Positions 60,918 to 64,000 of a DNA stretch of 64,000 nt are shown piece by piece (the first letter of the stretch is position 1; each line of letters opens with the position of its first letter). The notes under the pieces were generated by a model. That model saw nothing but the letters and a program-made list of their open reading frames with translations, had not been told where the DNA came from and ran no database searches. The DNA is from Eledone cirrhosa (taxonomy: Eukaryota): NCBI GenBank assembly GCA_964016885.1, contig OZ024743.1, positions 178,684,001-178,748,000 on the forward strand, read 5' to 3'. Position numbers and translations under genes: made by a program.

Positions 60918-63900
60918 TAAAATAACAGATTAAAGTTTAAGCAAAGAATCGCTGCTTTCACCCTTAACGGGATCTTCTGAAACTAACAAAGTCAATCTGT
61001 AAACGCAGAACTGAATATTTCAAAAAAACGTTGCAACCGGAGGAAGACAGGAAGACGATACTTTGGTTCGTGGTAACGTTCGCTGGCAAAGAACGGGAAA
61101 AAACGAATAATACGTCATTAATAGGAGCGGTGAAAAACAATTACGCGCAAAGACAAAACCACGTTTATGGTATAAAAGAGGTCGTAGACTAATGTTCTCT
61201 TAGGTGGTTCATAGAGACATTCTCTGGCAATGAACGAAAAAACGAAGATAATAAGTCATGTGTGGAGCGTGGAGAACAAAAGCACGCAAAGACAAAACCA
61301 CGTAAATGGTATAGCAGAAGTCGTAGACTAAAATTCTAACTAGGAGACCAAATGAATCTCCGCAACAGAGTTAAGAACAAAGTAAATAAATACAATACAG
61401 AAGTAATAAAAACAAATAAATAATTACACGCAAACAAATACGTACATACACAAGCATACGCAAAACCTTACCATAGGTATACAAAACCACGCACATATAA
61501 ATATGTGTGTGTGTGTATGCTTGTGTACAAATAAATAAATAATTATATAAACGTATATAAGTAAATAAATACGTATATAACAAGCGCAGACACACACCTA
61601 CATATAAATACACGAATGTTCGGAGACGTAAGTCAACTAAAACAAGAAGTACACATATACACACACCCACCATACGTACGAACCTGCATACTCACTCGGA
61701 CGCAAAACTCCCGTATACACATAGCCAAACCCTAAATACCAGAATATGTAAAAATGATACGCCATAACAGTCAAATATACGTACGAGAAGGTATACATAC
61801 CTTCACAAAACATATGGGTAATATATACTTACCTATGCAAATAAGTAAAGGAATAAACAAAACATATACTTAGCTCCCACATCAAGACGTAAAATATCTG
61901 CGTATAGATCGTGCTATCCATTAGGGTATAACGTGGGGCTGTAATACAGGAAAGTTTTGTGCAATTTATGTTTACAAGCCGAAATTGCCTCAGATTTTTT
62001 GTTTAAGATGTGGTCTGTGGCGTAGAGTATTTCCAGGGCCTCAGCGGCGCAGAGGTCACATGGTCTTTTATTTCCGTTATACGATCTAGCCCTAGCTAGG
62101 ATCTCCCAGTGTAACTTATATTGGGTGTGGTTGTCTTTTAGACTCTAGATATAAGCTGAAAGTGACGTCATATTCCTTCTTAGAGGGTATCGAAAAGAAT
62201 GGGTATGCATGTAAAGACGCTGCTTGAAACTATTGGCGGTTAACCCTATGTAGGCCCTACGGGACGTGGGTGTTACAACCTTACATTTGTAGACAATGTT
62301 ACTAGAGAGGCATTTCCCGGATAGGGGGCAATCAGCCCGATTCCTACAATTACAGTTAGTACTAACTACAGGGTTGCACGTGTTCCTACGGCTAGGTAGT
62401 TTAGCTAAATTTGAAGCTGTGATGTTATTTGCAAGGTTAGGAGTCGTAGAGTAAGAAATTTTAATAGTAAACCTGAAGAATAGAATTCGTTCTATTAAGG
62501 ATTCTAACGCAGTGCACGTCCATTCCGACAAAACTGGCAACCTATATCAAGTGGAGCGCAGTACTTACCATCAACTACTACATAATGCTGTAACTAAGGA
62601 TTACCGTAAAACTAATCGGTGCGTCATCAATGAAATCAACGATGCTGGGTTTAAAATCACATCTGATCTCAACATTCTGGACCGGACCGAACCTCTGGAC
62701 ACTATCTCTCCCCACTTTACCCTGAAGGATCACAAATCCAATTTTCCGAACAACCCCTCTATTCCGCTTATTAACCCTACGAAGACCGATTTAGGTAGAC
62801 TTAGTAAAACGATTCTTGATAGAATTATACCTGAAATTAGAAGTTTGGCCCCTCTCGCACTGTGGAACAATTCTTTCGCGGTGATTGATTGGTTCAACGG
62901 CATATGTAACAAGGAACATTGCCGTTTTATCTAATTCGACATCAACAATTACTACTCCTCCATCACTTTACCACTTCTCCTTAGAGCTATCAATTTCGCT
63001 AAAACACTCACAGTGGTTAAGGATTTCGAAGTTGATGTCATCCTTAATGCCCGAAAGTCGGTGATTAATTTCGACGACTCTATTTGGATTAAAAAATCCA
63101 ATAGTACCCCATTCGACGTGAGTATGGGCGCCAGTGACTCTGCGGAGGTTACTGATCTTATTGGCCTTTTCCTTCTTTTCTCTATCAAGGACGAATTCCC
63201 CAACGCGGGCGGTGGTTTGTACCGAGACGATGGTCTTTTGACCATGACTAAGTGCGGACCTCGTGCTTGCGACAGGTTCAGAAAAGAACTCACAGCCTTC
63301 TTTAAAGGCTTCAACCTCTCTATACAGGTTGAGGCCAATCTCTCGGTCGTTAATTACCTCGACGTTACCCTCGATTTATTGAATGGGTTGTATTACCCGT
63401 ATAGAAAGCCGAATGATACGCTTAATTACATAAGTAAGCATTCCAACCATCCTGCCAGCATAACCAAGAACCTGGTAAGAAACGTTTCGTTGAGGCTTTC
63501 CCGTCTTTCCACCAACGAGCGCATTTTCAACGACCATTCCACTTATTACAATGAAGCTCTTGCTCGAAGTGGATTTGTCGATAAGGTAGCATATACAGAG
63601 TATGAAAATAGACCTAGAAGAAATATATCCCGTCGCATTTGTTGGTTTAACCCACCATATAATATGGAGGTGGCCACACCATTAGCTAAGATTTTTCTTT
63701 CCCTTATTACGAAGCATTTTCCCCCTACACATAAATATAGTAAAATTTTTAATAGAAATACTATTAAAATTTCTTACTCTACGACTCCTAACCTTGCAAA
63801 TAACATCACAGCTTCAAATTTAGCTAAACTACCTAGCCGTTGGAACACGTGCAACCCTGTAGTTAGTACTAACTGTAATTGTAGGAATCGGGCTGATTGC

Positions 63901-64000
63901 CCCCTATCCGGGAAATGCCTCTCTAGTAACATTGTCTACAAATGTAAGGTTGTAACACCCACGTCCCGTAGGGCCTACATAGGGTTAACCGCCAATAGTT
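60912..64000 (+). mobile_element. Penelope-like element family A, copy 2: inverted 3' segment 60912-62468 and 5'-truncated ORF running off the window
   Basis: Near-identical to 16101-17358 and 18132-19661; stops at 62932 (plus) and 62145 (minus). Confidence 0.93.
62471..64000 (+). pseudogene. PLE RT + GIY-YIG, 5'-truncated, with a premature stop
   Basis: Same sequence as ORF 18173-19867; CAA changed to TAA at 62932. Confidence 0.9.

Overview
Repeat-saturated animal DNA. The SINE families and the extreme (TA)n/(CA)n density suggest an octopus or other coleoid cephalopod (inference). One host gene is supported: an ER-luminal FKBP7/FKBP14-type peptidyl-prolyl isomerase on the minus strand, with 4 coding exons (51194 to 33618) giving 212 aa: signal peptide, FKBP domain, 2 EF-hands and a C-terminal HEEL. 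The rest is retroelements (RTE, Tx1/L1, R4/Dong-like, and Penelope-like elements [PLEs] from at least three families with RT+GIY-YIG), tRNA-derived SINEs, non-autonomous Helitrons, hAT MITEs and satellites. The main signal not shown by the ORF track is a dense set of type I hammerhead-ribozyme (HHR) folds from roughly a dozen unrelated sequence families. They sit in fold-back or monomer-plus-partial-repeat insertions into (TA)n microsatellites. Most have a palindromic stem III, a mismatch at the first stem II pair, sometimes a variant core (CAGAAGA, CCGAAGA, CUGAAAGA), and stem II inserts from 2 to about 95 nt. All folds were read by eye and none has been tested. Most short ORFs in the track are microsatellite artefacts.
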